From an uncultured Methanoregulaceae archaeon (lineage in GTDB: Archaea > Halobacteriota > Methanomicrobia > Methanomicrobiales > Methanospirillaceae), in NCBI GenBank assembly GCA_963701095.1, contig OY969564.1:992001-1056000 (forward strand): DNA of 64,000 bases. The letters are read 5' to 3'. The notes under the pieces are model-generated. The model was not told the DNA's origin. It ran no database searches and saw only the letters and a program-made list of their open reading frames with translations. Positions within the stretch are counted from its first letter, which is position 1; every line of letters starts with the position of its first letter. Made by a program: the position numbers and the translations under genes. Shown here piece after piece: positions 28,137 to 38,507 of this stretch.

Positions 28137-29528
28137 CTATTTCTTGGGGGACGGTTTCTGCTGGATTTGCAAAACTTCCCTGTCCCTTAGGGTAAGGAAT
28201 GCAATTAAAATCGCCATAGGGGGGACCAAGACGACAGATGTCTGACTTGGTGTCAGGGGTTTCATGGATACTGTGGGAGAATTAGCGGGTGCTACGGTCA
28301 CTTGGGGTTCAACAGAAACCAGTGCAAACATCGAAAGTCCCCGGGGAGATTCACCGGTATAAACCATATTGAGAGAGTGATCTAATCCGGAAAATTTTGT
28401 GTCGAGCAGCTGAGAGGTCCCATCATCTGCCAACCGGAAGATCTTAACATCTGGGATCCCCCCGTGGTTCAGAACCCATGACGGCTCAATGCTCATAGTG
28501 ACTACCGATTGTCCAATATATTTCTGATCTTCAAGGTCCGTCTTTTTCACTTGGGCAGTATAGGCTACCGCATCCAACCGGTATCCATTTTCATTAACGG
28601 TGTTTTCAATTATAGTTTTAGTAGGGCTGTCCGGTTGTTCTGCGAGAGAAAAACCTATTACAGCATCATCAGGGGGCATGTTGTTCATTTCAGAATGGAA
28701 GGATGCAGAAACCGTCCCTTCTTTGACAAAACTCGCAGTAACGGGAAAACTTTGCATTGAAATGGACGAAATTTTCGCAGAAATTTGTCCATTATTCATC
28801 GTTGGTGCTGAATTTATTGAAAGGGTCATAGCAATCGGACCCTTCTCTAGTACTATAGCATTATTCTGTTGTGAAATTTTTTCGCCTGACAATTGAGTGG
28901 TTTTTACATCGATTGTGATCTGTTCGCTATTACCCACAGTGCTTACAGTTGATCCTTTTACTCCTACCGGGATACTATAGGATCCCTGGTTCATATCGGA
29001 GTTACCATTTCCGGAATTACCTCCGTGGTTACCATTCCCGGAATTACCTCCGGAGTTACCATTTCCGGAATTACCCCCGGAGTTACCATTTCCGGAATTA
29101 CCCCCGGAGTTACCATTTCCGGAATTACCCCCGGAGTTACCATTTCCGGAATTACCTCCGTGGTTACCGTTTCCGGAATTACCTCCGTGGTTACCGTTTC
29201 CGGAATTACCCCCGGAATTGCCACCTCCATGGCCACCACCACCGGAATTACCGCCTCCGGAATTGCCACCGCCGTGACCACCTCCTCCATGGCCACCGCC
29301 GCCACGCGCCAATAAAGGACTGGTGGACGCAGAGGAATCAGGGAAGGAATGCTGAGACGGTAATAACACGTTACCAAAACTGCTATCTGGTGTTCCGGCT
29401 CTTAGCGAACCAACCGGAAAAAACGATGACGTAAGCGATCCGCCATTTGCTGTCATCTGCAGGGCACTTAGCACAACAACGAGCACCAGAATTTTTCTGA
29501 TGACCGTGTGGACATTGGATCCAGACAT
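28137..29528 (-). CDS. Cell-surface protein with Gly/Asn/Ser repeats and PGF-pre-PGF-like domain
   Basis: Signal peptide, (GGNSGNGN[S/H])x8, SWV...VKIFR...SPRGLSMFAL, C-terminal hydrophobic segment. Confidence 0.75.
   Translation of the reverse strand: MSGSNVHTVIRKILVLVVVLSALQMTANGGSLTSSFFPVGSLRAGTPDSSFGNVLLPSQHSFPDSSASTSPLLARGGGGHGGGGHGGGNSGGGNSGGGGHGGGNSGGNSGNGNHGGNSGNGNHGGNSGNGNSGGNSGNGNSGGNSGNGNSGGNSGNGNSGGNSGNGNHGGNSGNGNSDMNQGSYSIPVGVKGSTVSTVGNSEQITIDVKTTQLSGEKISQQNNAIVLEKGPIAMTLSINSAPTMNNGQISAKISSISMQSFPVTASFVKEGTVSASFHSEMNNMPPDDAVIGFSLAEQPDSPTKTIIENTVNENGYRLDAVAYTAQVKKTDLEDQKYIGQSVVTMSIEPSWVLNHGGIPDVKIFRLADDGTSQLLDTKFSGLDHSLNMVYTGESPRGLSMFALVSVEPQVTVAPANSPTVSMKPLTPSQTSVVLVPPMAILIAFLTLRDREVLQIQQKPSPKK
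28998..29213. repeat. 27-bp coding tandem repeat, 8 copies
   Basis: Head-to-tail units of G[GA/TG]GTTACC[A/G]TT[T/C]CCGGAATTACC[T/C]CC with no spacers. Confidence 0.95.
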
Positions 29529-29763
29529 TCGAATCCTTTCCAGATACTGGCTCTTGTATATCAAATTTTTGATATTTTTTAGACGTTTTTCATCCCTATT
29601 TTAGAAAATTACGCTATTGGGGGGTAAGTTCTGTTATAGATTTCTCAATTAATAAGTTTTTCGTATAATTTCGATTATATAGTTAATCAATGCGAAACCG
29701 GCCCTCTGGAGGAATAAAAAATCGCCGTTTATTTTCGGATTGAGCATTAATCTCTTCGTTATT

Positions 29764-31509
29764 TTATTTTTTCCCGACACCGTAGTATTTCCGCAGGAAT
29801 TCACGGATCTTTTCAGATTCAAGGTATCCCTGATCGAGTTTATGAACGAGTTCATTTATCATAGTCGCCAGCCGGATGAGTTTTTCTTTATACTCATTAT
29901 CCATCAGATCGGCGATCCCGATGATACCCTGGAGAGGATTTCGTATCTGGTCATTAAGGATCGCAAACTGCTGCATATTCTTTTCAATCTGCTGGAATGC
30001 TGCTATCTTCAATCGCTCAATATCTTTGCGCACAGTGATGTCGTGTGCGATAGTGAGAACTGCTTTTTCACCAAACTCGTCAAAGATATGAGCAATGACC
30101 TCGACAGGGATCACCTTTCCCCCTTTTGTTCGATAACTTCCTTCAAATTGAACCTTTCCCTGTGAGATGAGCTGCTTTGTAACAAAATCCTGATCCGTTT
30201 CATTTCCCACGGTAAGGAAATCAAACAGCCTCATCGTAGCTAGTTCAGTGCGGGAGTACCCCAGTATGTCAACTGATGCATTATTCACCTCAATCAACTC
30301 ACCATATCCTTCCTGATCACTGAACTTCCAGACAAGAACGGGCTCAGTGATGCTGTTAAAAAAGAGATGATAACTTTTTTCTCTCTGATCAAGGCGGGTT
30401 TTGAGATATTGCTGGGACGTTTCGAGTTCCCCTAGCATGGCGTTGACATCGGTGGCCAGTTGTGCCACTTCATCCGTTCCCGTCAACGATATGCGGGCCG
30501 AGAAGTTCCGATCCGTACCGATTGAGTTCACCCGGTTACTCACATACAACAGCCGGGAAAGGACGGTTTCGTCGAGTACCAGCAGGATTATGACTACAAG
30601 GGAGATCCCTAAAAGGACCAGAAATGCAAAGAAGTAGACAATCGTTGATTTTCCTTCAGCGTAGATGTCCCGCGGTATGGTAAGTCGCAGCACAAGCAAA
30701 GGTGAGCCGTTTATGTCCCTAATGAGTGCATAGGTCCCTATATTTTCGTTATCGAGGACTGCGATATAAACAGGGGCGTTGACGATGATGGCATCATTCT
30801 CCTGGAGCTGGACAAAAGGTGCCGTTCCGTTTTGAAATGATGCTATTGCCACCTTATAGTCCCCCGTAATGTCAGGGTCGTCATAGCGACGTATCTCAAG
30901 TGGCAGCTGGACCAGGTTTTCCAGCCGCAGTATTTCAGCGGCGTCCAGATATCTTGCCATGAGTATATAGCCAATGGGCGTGGTTGATGCGTCAGGACCA
31001 TACACCGGCTGAATTGCAAGAAGGATCGGATCCTGGTGGTCACTGACAATACCGATAATGGCGTTCCCGTGCGATTGCATGGTCAAAAAATTAGCCGGGG
31101 CCAGTGGTAACGTAAACAGAGATGCAGGGACCGGTGTCTCTTGCATTTGCTTTATGTCATACCCTTTGCCAGCGATTAATTCACCGGATGCGTTATAAAA
31201 AAGGATATAGTTGAACTTGAGATTGTCAAGGGTTCGATCATCAAGTGCTGTCAGAAGGCCGGATTTGTTTGTATGCGCGATGGATTCATCAACTGAACCC
31301 CGCGTTGCCCAGTCTTCGGCAACCGCATCGAGTTGATTGATATCTGATGCCAGTATCGAGAGAGCACGGTTCGTGTCTTTTTGGGCACTCTGGACCTCAA
31401 TTGTATGGAATGCGTTCAATACGATAGTTTCCGATGCGATCAAAAAGACAAATAAAAGAGCTAAGAGCATTGCGGAGAGGATAAGGATCGTTTTTACCCG
31501 GATCTTCAC
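29764..31509 (-). CDS. Membrane sensor: CHASE4-HAMP-PAS plus degenerate HisKA-like helix pair, no HATPase domain
   Basis: TM, DWA (CHASE4), MARYLD, TM, DEVAQLATDVNAML (HAMP), PAS (LGYSRTEL...DIT), NDQIRNPL then ends; GTG start. Confidence 0.8.
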   Translation of the reverse strand: MKIRVKTILILSAMLLALLFVFLIASETIVLNAFHTIEVQSAQKDTNRALSILASDINQLDAVAEDWATRGSVDESIAHTNKSGLLTALDDRTLDNLKFNYILFYNASGELIAGKGYDIKQMQETPVPASLFTLPLAPANFLTMQSHGNAIIGIVSDHQDPILLAIQPVYGPDASTTPIGYILMARYLDAAEILRLENLVQLPLEIRRYDDPDITGDYKVAIASFQNGTAPFVQLQENDAIIVNAPVYIAVLDNENIGTYALIRDINGSPLLVLRLTIPRDIYAEGKSTIVYFFAFLVLLGISLVVIILLVLDETVLSRLLYVSNRVNSIGTDRNFSARISLTGTDEVAQLATDVNAMLGELETSQQYLKTRLDQREKSYHLFFNSITEPVLVWKFSDQEGYGELIEVNNASVDILGYSRTELATMRLFDFLTVGNETDQDFVTKQLISQGKVQFEGSYRTKGGKVIPVEVIAHIFDEFGEKAVLTIAHDITVRKDIERLKIAAFQQIEKNMQQFAILNDQIRNPLQGIIGIADLMDNEYKEKLIRLATMINELVHKLDQGYLESEKIREFLRKYYGVGKK

Positions 31510-31771
31510 AAAGTACCCGCCGCCGCACAGGACTGTCTTAGTTCTGGTTATTGATTCCTCGGACTTATTATATTATTGCCTGGTCACTTCCTATTATGCC
31601 CGATGATTTGAGCGGCCCATTTTCCAGCGGTTTTTTAGGGTAAGATATTCTCAAAATTTCAGGTTTGTGTGATTTCCTTAGGAATTAAAACACGAGATGC
31701 TTTCAGATGTTCATGCAAAAATACAAATTTTTATGGCTTTTACTTTGAATTTCTTTAAAAAAATGAATTTC

Positions 31772-32596
31772 TTATTCTTTCCCGGAAACCCCGGTCAGGT
31801 TCTCCGCCATCTTCCATAACCGTTCCTGCACCCCGGAATCATATGAAAGTGCAGAAGACCGGACGGCACGACGATTGTCAAAATACCGGCCTGATAACCC
31901 TGCTACCTCATGAGAACGTGCAAGATAAATTGACGTTCGTGCTCCTTCTTCCGGGGTTATTGCAGTCATCCCGGGAAACGCTGACCGGAGGATCTTGGTA
32001 TTTACAACCCCGGGGTGCAGGCAGTTAGCAGTAACCGTTGTCTGTTTGAGGTTTCGCGCAAGGGTATAGGTGAACGCCACGTCAGAAAATTTTGAGAGAG
32101 AATAGGCTTCCCAGGGATCATACCGCTGTTCCTGTGGCATGTTGTCCCAGTCGATCCTGTCCACATCCTCATGGGCACTTGAAGCGACGGTGACGATGCG
32201 GGCAGCGGGACTTTTCCGGAGCAGGGGAAGCACCAGGTGGGTGAGGAGAAAGGGACCGAGGTAATTCACGGCAAACGTCATCTCGATGCCAGCCTGTGTC
32301 ACCTGACGGATTTTCTGATAGGTCCCTGCGTTATTAACGAGCACATCAAGATGGGAATAGCGAGCGATGAGATCCGAGGCCATTTCACGGATCTGGTCCT
32401 CCCGGCTGTAGTCAGCAATAACGAGATCGGGGCGGCCGTACCCGGCTTTTTCCAGCTCCAGTTGCACATGTTTCCCTTTCTTTTCGTCTCTCCCATGAAG
32501 GATCAGCTCAACTCCCGATGCAGCAAGTCCAAGTGCAGTGGCCTTACCTATCCCATCCGTGGAGCCCGTGACAAGCATGACAGGCGTTGATGCCAT
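31772..32596 (-). CDS. Short-chain dehydrogenase/reductase (retinol-DH-like)
   Basis: TGSTDGIG, NNAG, VNYLG, YSLSK, HPGVV. Confidence 0.92.
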   Translation of the reverse strand: MASTPVMLVTGSTDGIGKATALGLAASGVELILHGRDEKKGKHVQLELEKAGYGRPDLVIADYSREDQIREMASDLIARYSHLDVLVNNAGTYQKIRQVTQAGIEMTFAVNYLGPFLLTHLVLPLLRKSPAARIVTVASSAHEDVDRIDWDNMPQEQRYDPWEAYSLSKFSDVAFTYTLARNLKQTTVTANCLHPGVVNTKILRSAFPGMTAITPEEGARTSIYLARSHEVAGLSGRYFDNRRAVRSSALSYDSGVQERLWKMAENLTGVSGKE

Positions 32597-32742
32597 AAGG
32601 GTGCTTACCGGGCGGGAAAAGAAGAATGTATCGATGCGGCAAAGTTGTCGATCCTCTTTATGTAGCCATCAATTACGGAAATACCATTATCAGGTATGCA
32701 TTTCGAGTGCGAATTTACCGAAATGTGACCTTGTCACGTAAC

Positions 32743-32878
32743 GATGATCAAAAATCACTCGGGCTCAAACTGATACACTTCCTTTCCTGCCACTGAGCTT
32801 CGAACAGATATTGAGCTTCGGCGGGATAAAGGAACTGAGTTTATTTTCCGTCTGAAAAATATCGAGAATATCGCATGA
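32743..32878 (+). pseudogene. Remnant of a histidine kinase HATPase C-terminus
   Basis: DDQKSLGLKLIHFLSCH, then after a one-base shift ELRTDIELRRDKGTEFIFRLKNIENIA*; no start and no upstream domains. Confidence 0.55.
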
Positions 32879-32923
32879 CCTTAAAAAATCTGGAAAAGGT
32901 GTATTACCAAATCATTGAAACGA

Positions 32924-35752
32924 TCAGATACGTATAATCGCATTCTCCTGTTTTTTTCGCATAAGCGCCTGGAACATCCGTATCTTCTCCTCGTCAATGC
33001 CGATCATTTCAGAGAGTTTACGGGCATCGGCGGCGAGCAGACTTTCGGCATTGATTACTCCGGCCGCGAAGAATTTGTCTGCGATTGTACTGGTCATACC
33101 TTTGATCGAAAGTAATTCTTTTCGCCCTTTTTCCACTCGTTTTTTTGGTATGACTACCGGGATGGGCCGGTGCAGGTATTCGCAGACAAGAACCACGTGC
33201 CGGTTGACTGTACCAACACTCATACCGGTCTTTTTACTCAGGTTTTCGGGACTGTTTGAAACAAAATCCTCGGGATTTGAGATCCCTGCTGCGATGTATT
33301 TTTTCAGGCTTATTGCGGGAATACCGATTTCTTTTAAGATCTGGCTGTTATAGGTGACTTTTGCCTCGGTGACAAGATTAACGGCTTCACTCTCACCTAT
33401 GCCGGCCTGCTGGAGGGTAGCGGGACTGGCTTTTGCCAGACCTGCCAGATCGCTAACGCCGTTCTCTTTTAAAGAACTCATGATTTTTGCGTAGCTCCGC
33501 CCTTTTCTGGGGATGAGATGGTTTCTCATAAACTTGCGGCATTCAGATCGCCGGCGCAGGTTTTCAAGAACCTCACCTGCCTCGCGCTTGAGTTTTTCCA
33601 CTGCTGCCGGTTCAAGGCCAAAAACCTTTGCAAGAGATTCGGGATCGCTCCGGGCGATCTCGGCTACTGTATAGATGTGATGTGCCCGGGCTTTTTCGAG
33701 GAGAGTCTCATCCATCGACGGTATTTCGATAAGGGATTCTACATTTGAACTGATATGATGGCAGAGGGGACAACCGATATCCCAGGGGCGGGCGCCTTTG
33801 CGCACGAGCCGCACAAAATGAAGGTGGTGTTTGTCACAGACTTCGTCGGTCCGTACTGCCCAACCCCATTGGGTGACCGGAAGACCGATATTGAACGTGC
33901 ATTCCGGGTACCGGGAACAGCCGATGAACTGGGTGGATCCCCGCATATGTTTGATCGCCAAGGTACCGCCGCAGGCCGGGCATTGGCCGAGATTAAGTTC
34001 CTCGGCAGTACGGTCCCGGATGTCATCGCCTATTACCTTCTCGTTTGCCTCGAGCTGATCAAATGCGGCATGAAGCATGCTCCGCGATTCTTTAATGACG
34101 TCATCACGGGTGCGGGTATTCTCCTTAATCTGCTGCATATGCGATTCGATCGTCTGGGTCATATCAGGTTTAGTGATCGCGTCAGCATTATGCTCGAGCG
34201 CTTCGGTTACGACACGACCAACAAGGGTCGGCCGCAACGGGTTTCCCTCGACGTATTTGCGGGAGACAAGTTTTGCGATTACTTCGTGCCGGGTGCTTTT
34301 TGTACCAAGCCCGAGTTCTTCCATTCTCTGGATAAGTTTACTCTGCGTATACCGGGCCGGGGGCATGGTCTCTTTTTCATCGAGACTGACTTTCCGGATA
34401 GGTAGTTTCTCGCCGGTTACAAACGCCGGGAGGATTGTCTCTTTTGCCTCTGAAAACGGGTAGACGGCATGCCATCCCGGCTCAATAAGGCGGCCGCCGG
34501 TCGTTGTGTAGATTTCTCCCCCGGCATCAAAATTCACTTTCATGGTCTGCCAGAGTGCATCAGGAGCAAGCGTAGCAAGGAAACGGCGGAGTACAAGTTC
34601 GTAAATCCGGAACGCATCGTCACCAATCCCTTCCCGGGTGGCAACCCCGGTAGGATAGATTGGCGGGTGGTCAGTGGTCGATTTTTTGCCCCGGGTCGGC
34701 TCTGGACGCCGGTGAGAAAGGATCCATTCAACCTCTTTTTTGAACGGTGAATTTCTGATCGTGGCAAGCACTTCGTTGAGGTTCAAGGAGGGCGGATAAA
34801 CCGTATTGTCTGTCCTCGGATACGAGATATACCCGTTCATATACAGGTCTTCAGCAATCCGCATCGCGTTTGCCGCAGAAAAACCAAGCCGGGCTGCCGC
34901 AACGATATAAGTCGTCGTGTCAAACGGTGAAGGAGACCGGTCCTGCTTTGTTCCTTCCCTGACTTCAGTCACGACAAGAGGTTCCTTCGTCCGGTCGCGG
35001 GCAAGCTCTGCAGATTTCTGCTCCCTGAACCTGCCATTGGTATGCCTGGCTTCGATCTGTTCTCCGGCTTTTTCAGTGAGGAGACCCAGCTGCCAGTATT
35101 TTTCCGGGACAAATTTTTCAATCTCTTTTTCCCGGTCGACAATCATCGAAAGTGTAGGGCTTTGCACCCGGCCGACAGAAAGAATATTGTTACCGCCACG
35201 TCGTGCTGCAAGGGAGATGAACCGGGTCAGTGATGCTCCCCACATGAGATCGATAGACTGCCGCGCCTCTCCCGCCTCAGCGAGCGCGAAATCGAGGTCG
35301 GTTGTATTTGCAAACGCATGCCGTATTTCCTGCGGTGTTATGGCGGAAAACCGGGCCCGGTCAATCTTCACATTTTTGTTGACGGCACGGACGAGCTCGT
35401 ATGCTTCTTTTCCGATCAATTCACCTTCTGTATCAAAATCGGTCGCTATGGTGACCAGGTCGGCATGACGCGCCAGTTTCTGGAGAAGAGATACAATCCT
35501 CTTCTCAGTCGGTACCTTGATGGTTTTTGCGTCGATAAGGCTTCTCGGAGTATATTTCTCGCTCCGCCAGTTCTCGTACCCAGGTTCGAAATCAACTTCG
35601 ACTACATGGCCGCGAAGGCCGACCGTTGTCGTATCGTCAAAACTATACGTCGATACCCCGGCGTCCTTTTTCTCGACAACTTTGTGGCTTCCGGCAAGGA
35701 TCTGTGCAATCCGGTGAGCCGAGATATTCTTTTCTGCAACGATCAGGTGCAC
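32924..35752 (-). CDS. topA: DNA topoisomerase IA with zinc ribbon and C-terminal HhH repeats
   Basis: IVAEK, ATDFDTEGE, SVGRVQSP, ISYPRTD (catalytic Tyr), LGTKSTR, CPACG...GCSRYPEC. Confidence 0.95.
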   Translation of the reverse strand: MHLIVAEKNISAHRIAQILAGSHKVVEKKDAGVSTYSFDDTTTVGLRGHVVEVDFEPGYENWRSEKYTPRSLIDAKTIKVPTEKRIVSLLQKLARHADLVTIATDFDTEGELIGKEAYELVRAVNKNVKIDRARFSAITPQEIRHAFANTTDLDFALAEAGEARQSIDLMWGASLTRFISLAARRGGNNILSVGRVQSPTLSMIVDREKEIEKFVPEKYWQLGLLTEKAGEQIEARHTNGRFREQKSAELARDRTKEPLVVTEVREGTKQDRSPSPFDTTTYIVAAARLGFSAANAMRIAEDLYMNGYISYPRTDNTVYPPSLNLNEVLATIRNSPFKKEVEWILSHRRPEPTRGKKSTTDHPPIYPTGVATREGIGDDAFRIYELVLRRFLATLAPDALWQTMKVNFDAGGEIYTTTGGRLIEPGWHAVYPFSEAKETILPAFVTGEKLPIRKVSLDEKETMPPARYTQSKLIQRMEELGLGTKSTRHEVIAKLVSRKYVEGNPLRPTLVGRVVTEALEHNADAITKPDMTQTIESHMQQIKENTRTRDDVIKESRSMLHAAFDQLEANEKVIGDDIRDRTAEELNLGQCPACGGTLAIKHMRGSTQFIGCSRYPECTFNIGLPVTQWGWAVRTDEVCDKHHLHFVRLVRKGARPWDIGCPLCHHISSNVESLIEIPSMDETLLEKARAHHIYTVAEIARSDPESLAKVFGLEPAAVEKLKREAGEVLENLRRRSECRKFMRNHLIPRKGRSYAKIMSSLKENGVSDLAGLAKASPATLQQAGIGESEAVNLVTEAKVTYNSQILKEIGIPAISLKKYIAAGISNPEDFVSNSPENLSKKTGMSVGTVNRHVVLVCEYLHRPIPVVIPKKRVEKGRKELLSIKGMTSTIADKFFAAGVINAESLLAADARKLSEMIGIDEEKIRMFQALMRKKQENAIIRI

Positions 35753-35758
35753 GTCAGA

Positions 35759-37206
35759 TCACTGCTCCGCACGTTTCAGAGCTGCAACCATAAGCTGGTT
35801 GAGCTCGCCAGGATCGGCACAGCCCCGTGTTTTTTTCATGGTCTGGCCGACAAGGAAATTCAGGGCCCCGTTCTTCCCTGCCTTGTAGTCCTCGACAGCC
35901 TTTGGGTTTTCTGCAATTACCTGCCGGATGGCAGCAAGCAAGACTCCGTCGTCTCCGGCAGTTTTTGCCAGGTTCAGGCGTTTGACAATTGCATCCGGTG
36001 TCTCAACGATATCTCCTTTGAGGTGCTCGTCAAGCATGACCCGGAGGATCTCAATCCCGCTTTTGTCCGTTATGGTTCCGTTTCTGAGAAGAACGAGCAG
36101 TCCTGCAAACCGCGTGGGATCTACGGTATCGATCCCCATGTCCCGGTAATTGAGTTCACCGGCAAGGGTATCGGCTATCCAGGTAGCTGCAAGCGTGCAC
36201 AGACAGTTCTGGTCACCGGCAACGACGGTTTCAAAGAAGTTTGCCACTTTAAGTTCGCCGGTGAGCGTCCGCGCATGGTTCAGCGAACACGAGTACTGGG
36301 TTACAAAACGTTCGCGTCGTGCGTCGGGGAGTTCAGGGAGCGCAATATCTTTTACCCAGGACTGGACATGAAGCGGCCGGAGATCCGGCTCCGGGAAATA
36401 CCGGTAATCGTTCTCCATTTCTTTCGATCTGGCCGACTGGGTGATACCTCTGGTCTCGATATAGTGCCGGGTCTCGCGTTCGACGGTAAGGCCACGCCTG
36501 ATCAGGTTTTTCTGCCGGGTGACCTCGAACGTAAGCGCTTTTTCCACGCCTTTGTAGGATGATATGTTCTTTATCTCGACACGCTGGCTGCCCCGGAGCG
36601 AGATATTTGCATCAACACGGAGTGAACCTTCTTTTTCTGAATCAAAAACGCCCAGATATTCAAGGGTTGCCCGCAGCTTGTTTAAAAATTTCCGTGCCTC
36701 TTTTGGCGATTGCATATCAGGTTCCGAGACTATTTCGATAAGCGGAATACCTGCACGGTTGTAATCGACCAGGGAGTACCGGCCGCGTTCGGCGTTTCCC
36801 ATATGGACAAGCCGGCCGGGTCTTCCTCGACATGGATCCGGGTGAGCTGGATCTTTCGTTCCTTACCATCATCGCCTTCAATTTCAATATAGCCACCCTC
36901 GGCAAGGGGCTTATCGTACTGCGTTATCTGGTATGCCTTGTCCAGATCGGGGTAGAAGTAGTTTTTCCTGGCAAATTCTGATTCCGGGATAACGGTGCAG
37001 TTGAGTGCTTTTGCCACTTTCATTGCATATTCAATGGCACGCTTGTTTATTGCCGGCATTGTTCCGGGAAGCCCCAGGCAGATCGGGCAGACATGGGTGT
37101 TGGGGCCGTCATCCCGGTAATCGGTGGAACAGCCGCAGAAGAGCTTGCTTTTCGTGTCAAGCTGGCAGTGGACTTCGAGACCGACAATAATCTCTGCATC
37201 GATCAT
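35759..37206 (-). CDS. gatB: Asp/Glu-tRNA amidotransferase subunit B (frameshift at 36818-36820)
   Basis: GLEVHCQL, RKNYFYPDL, HVEEDP | GRLVHMG, DYNRAGIPLIEIV, YRYFPEPDL; two ORFs joined by one base. Confidence 0.92.
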
Positions 37207-38507
37207 GATTTCACCGCCTGTTCGTACGCATAGGCAACGTCCACGACCCGCTCATCCTCAAAGGGCCTGCCCATAACCTGGAGACCAACGGGCATACCCT
37301 TTACCTTCCCGCAGGGTACCGAGATAGCCGGAATACCCGCAAGGTTTACCGGGACGGTCAGGATATCGGAAAGGTACATGGAAAGGGGATCGCTTTTCTC
37401 GCCCAGTTTAAACGCTATGGTGGGCATGGTCGGACCGCAGAGCACATCGACATTCGTGAAAAGCCGGGCAAAATCCTTCCTGACATTCTCCCGGGCGATC
37501 TGTGCCTTCGCGTAATATTTCCCGTAATATCCCGACGAAAGTGCAAAGGTCCCGAGCATTATCCGGCGCCTGACTTCAGGGCCGAACCCCTGTTGTCGGA
37601 TTTCCTGGTACGCCGCGTGCCACGATTTTTTTGTGTCGGCTGCCGGGCCATACCGCACACCATCGAACCGTGCAAGGTTGGAACTGGCTTCACTGGTACA
37701 GATCACATAGTATGCGGCAAGCGCATATTCCATTGAAGGAATGCTGCAGGGTACTGTAACAGCGCCAAGTTCTTCGAGCCGGCCGATCGCCCGTTGCACG
37801 ACAGATGCAACATCCGGGTCAACACCTTCGCCGAAATATTCTTTGGGGATACCAATTCTCAGACCCTGTATCTCAGCTTTCGGGGTATGGCTGTACGACC
37901 GGTCGTACGAGGTAGCGTCTTTTTTGTCATGCCCTGCAATTACCGACATCAGGAGCGAGACATCGGTCACATTTTTTGCCATGGGTCCGATGGTTTCGAG
38001 CGAGTTTGCATAAGCAATCAGACCATACCGGGAAACTCTTCCGTAGGTAGGTTTCAGCCCGACAATCCCGCAAAATGCTGCTGGACATCGGATCGAACCC
38101 CCGGTATCGGTACCAAGAGCCATGCGCACCATGCCCGCTGCCACCGCCGCTGCACTTCCTCCTGATGAACCCCCCGGCACCCTGTTTACGTCAGCAGGAT
38201 TGAGCGTCGGACCAAACGCCGAATTTTCGGTACTTGTTCCCATACCGAATTCATCCATATTGGTCTTACCGGCGATTGCTGCACCGGCGTTTTTTATCAG
38301 GCTGACCGCGTGTGCATCATAGGGCGGGATATATCCTTTAAGAATCTTCGAGGCGCAGGTAGTTTCGATACCTTTTGTCGATATATTGTCTTTGACGGCA
38401 ATGCCGATCCCTGCCAGTTTTCCTTTGCCATGGTCTGCTTTTGCGCACACATGCAAAAATGCATTGTACCGGTCTTCAAACGCGAAGCAAATCGTATTTC
38501 CGGCCAC
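37203..38507 (-). CDS. gatA: Asp/Glu-tRNA amidotransferase subunit A
   Basis: GKTNMDEF, PGGSSGGSAAAV, GTDTGGSIR, RRIMLG. Confidence 0.95.
   Translation of the reverse strand: MAGNTICFAFEDRYNAFLHVCAKADHGKGKLAGIGIAVKDNISTKGIETTCASKILKGYIPPYDAHAVSLIKNAGAAIAGKTNMDEFGMGTSTENSAFGPTLNPADVNRVPGGSSGGSAAAVAAGMVRMALGTDTGGSIRCPAAFCGIVGLKPTYGRVSRYGLIAYANSLETIGPMAKNVTDVSLLMSVIAGHDKKDATSYDRSYSHTPKAEIQGLRIGIPKEYFGEGVDPDVASVVQRAIGRLEELGAVTVPCSIPSMEYALAAYYVICTSEASSNLARFDGVRYGPAADTKKSWHAAYQEIRQQGFGPEVRRRIMLGTFALSSGYYGKYYAKAQIARENVRKDFARLFTNVDVLCGPTMPTIAFKLGEKSDPLSMYLSDILTVPVNLAGIPAISVPCGKVKGMPVGLQVMGRPFEDERVVDVAYAYEQAVKS

Noticed and set aside
27799..28245. 148-aa ORF after the second tetR
   Set aside because: Overlaps both neighbours, has no recognisable motif and no convincing start; at most a gene fragment
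28998..29213. 27-bp repeats as a CRISPR array
   Set aside because: Units are contiguous with no unique spacers, are a multiple of 3, lie in frame in a CDS, and no cas genes are present
28949..29434. Alternative-frame repeat ORFs (RSYHFRNY, VTPGVIPEM, VTISGITPG)
   Set aside because: By-products of the stop-free 27-bp repeat; only the Gly/Asn frame is continuous with a signal peptide and a downstream domain
16050..32900. Accessory region as an intact mobile element or defence island
   Set aside because: No integrase, transposase, terminal repeats or recognisable defence genes were seen
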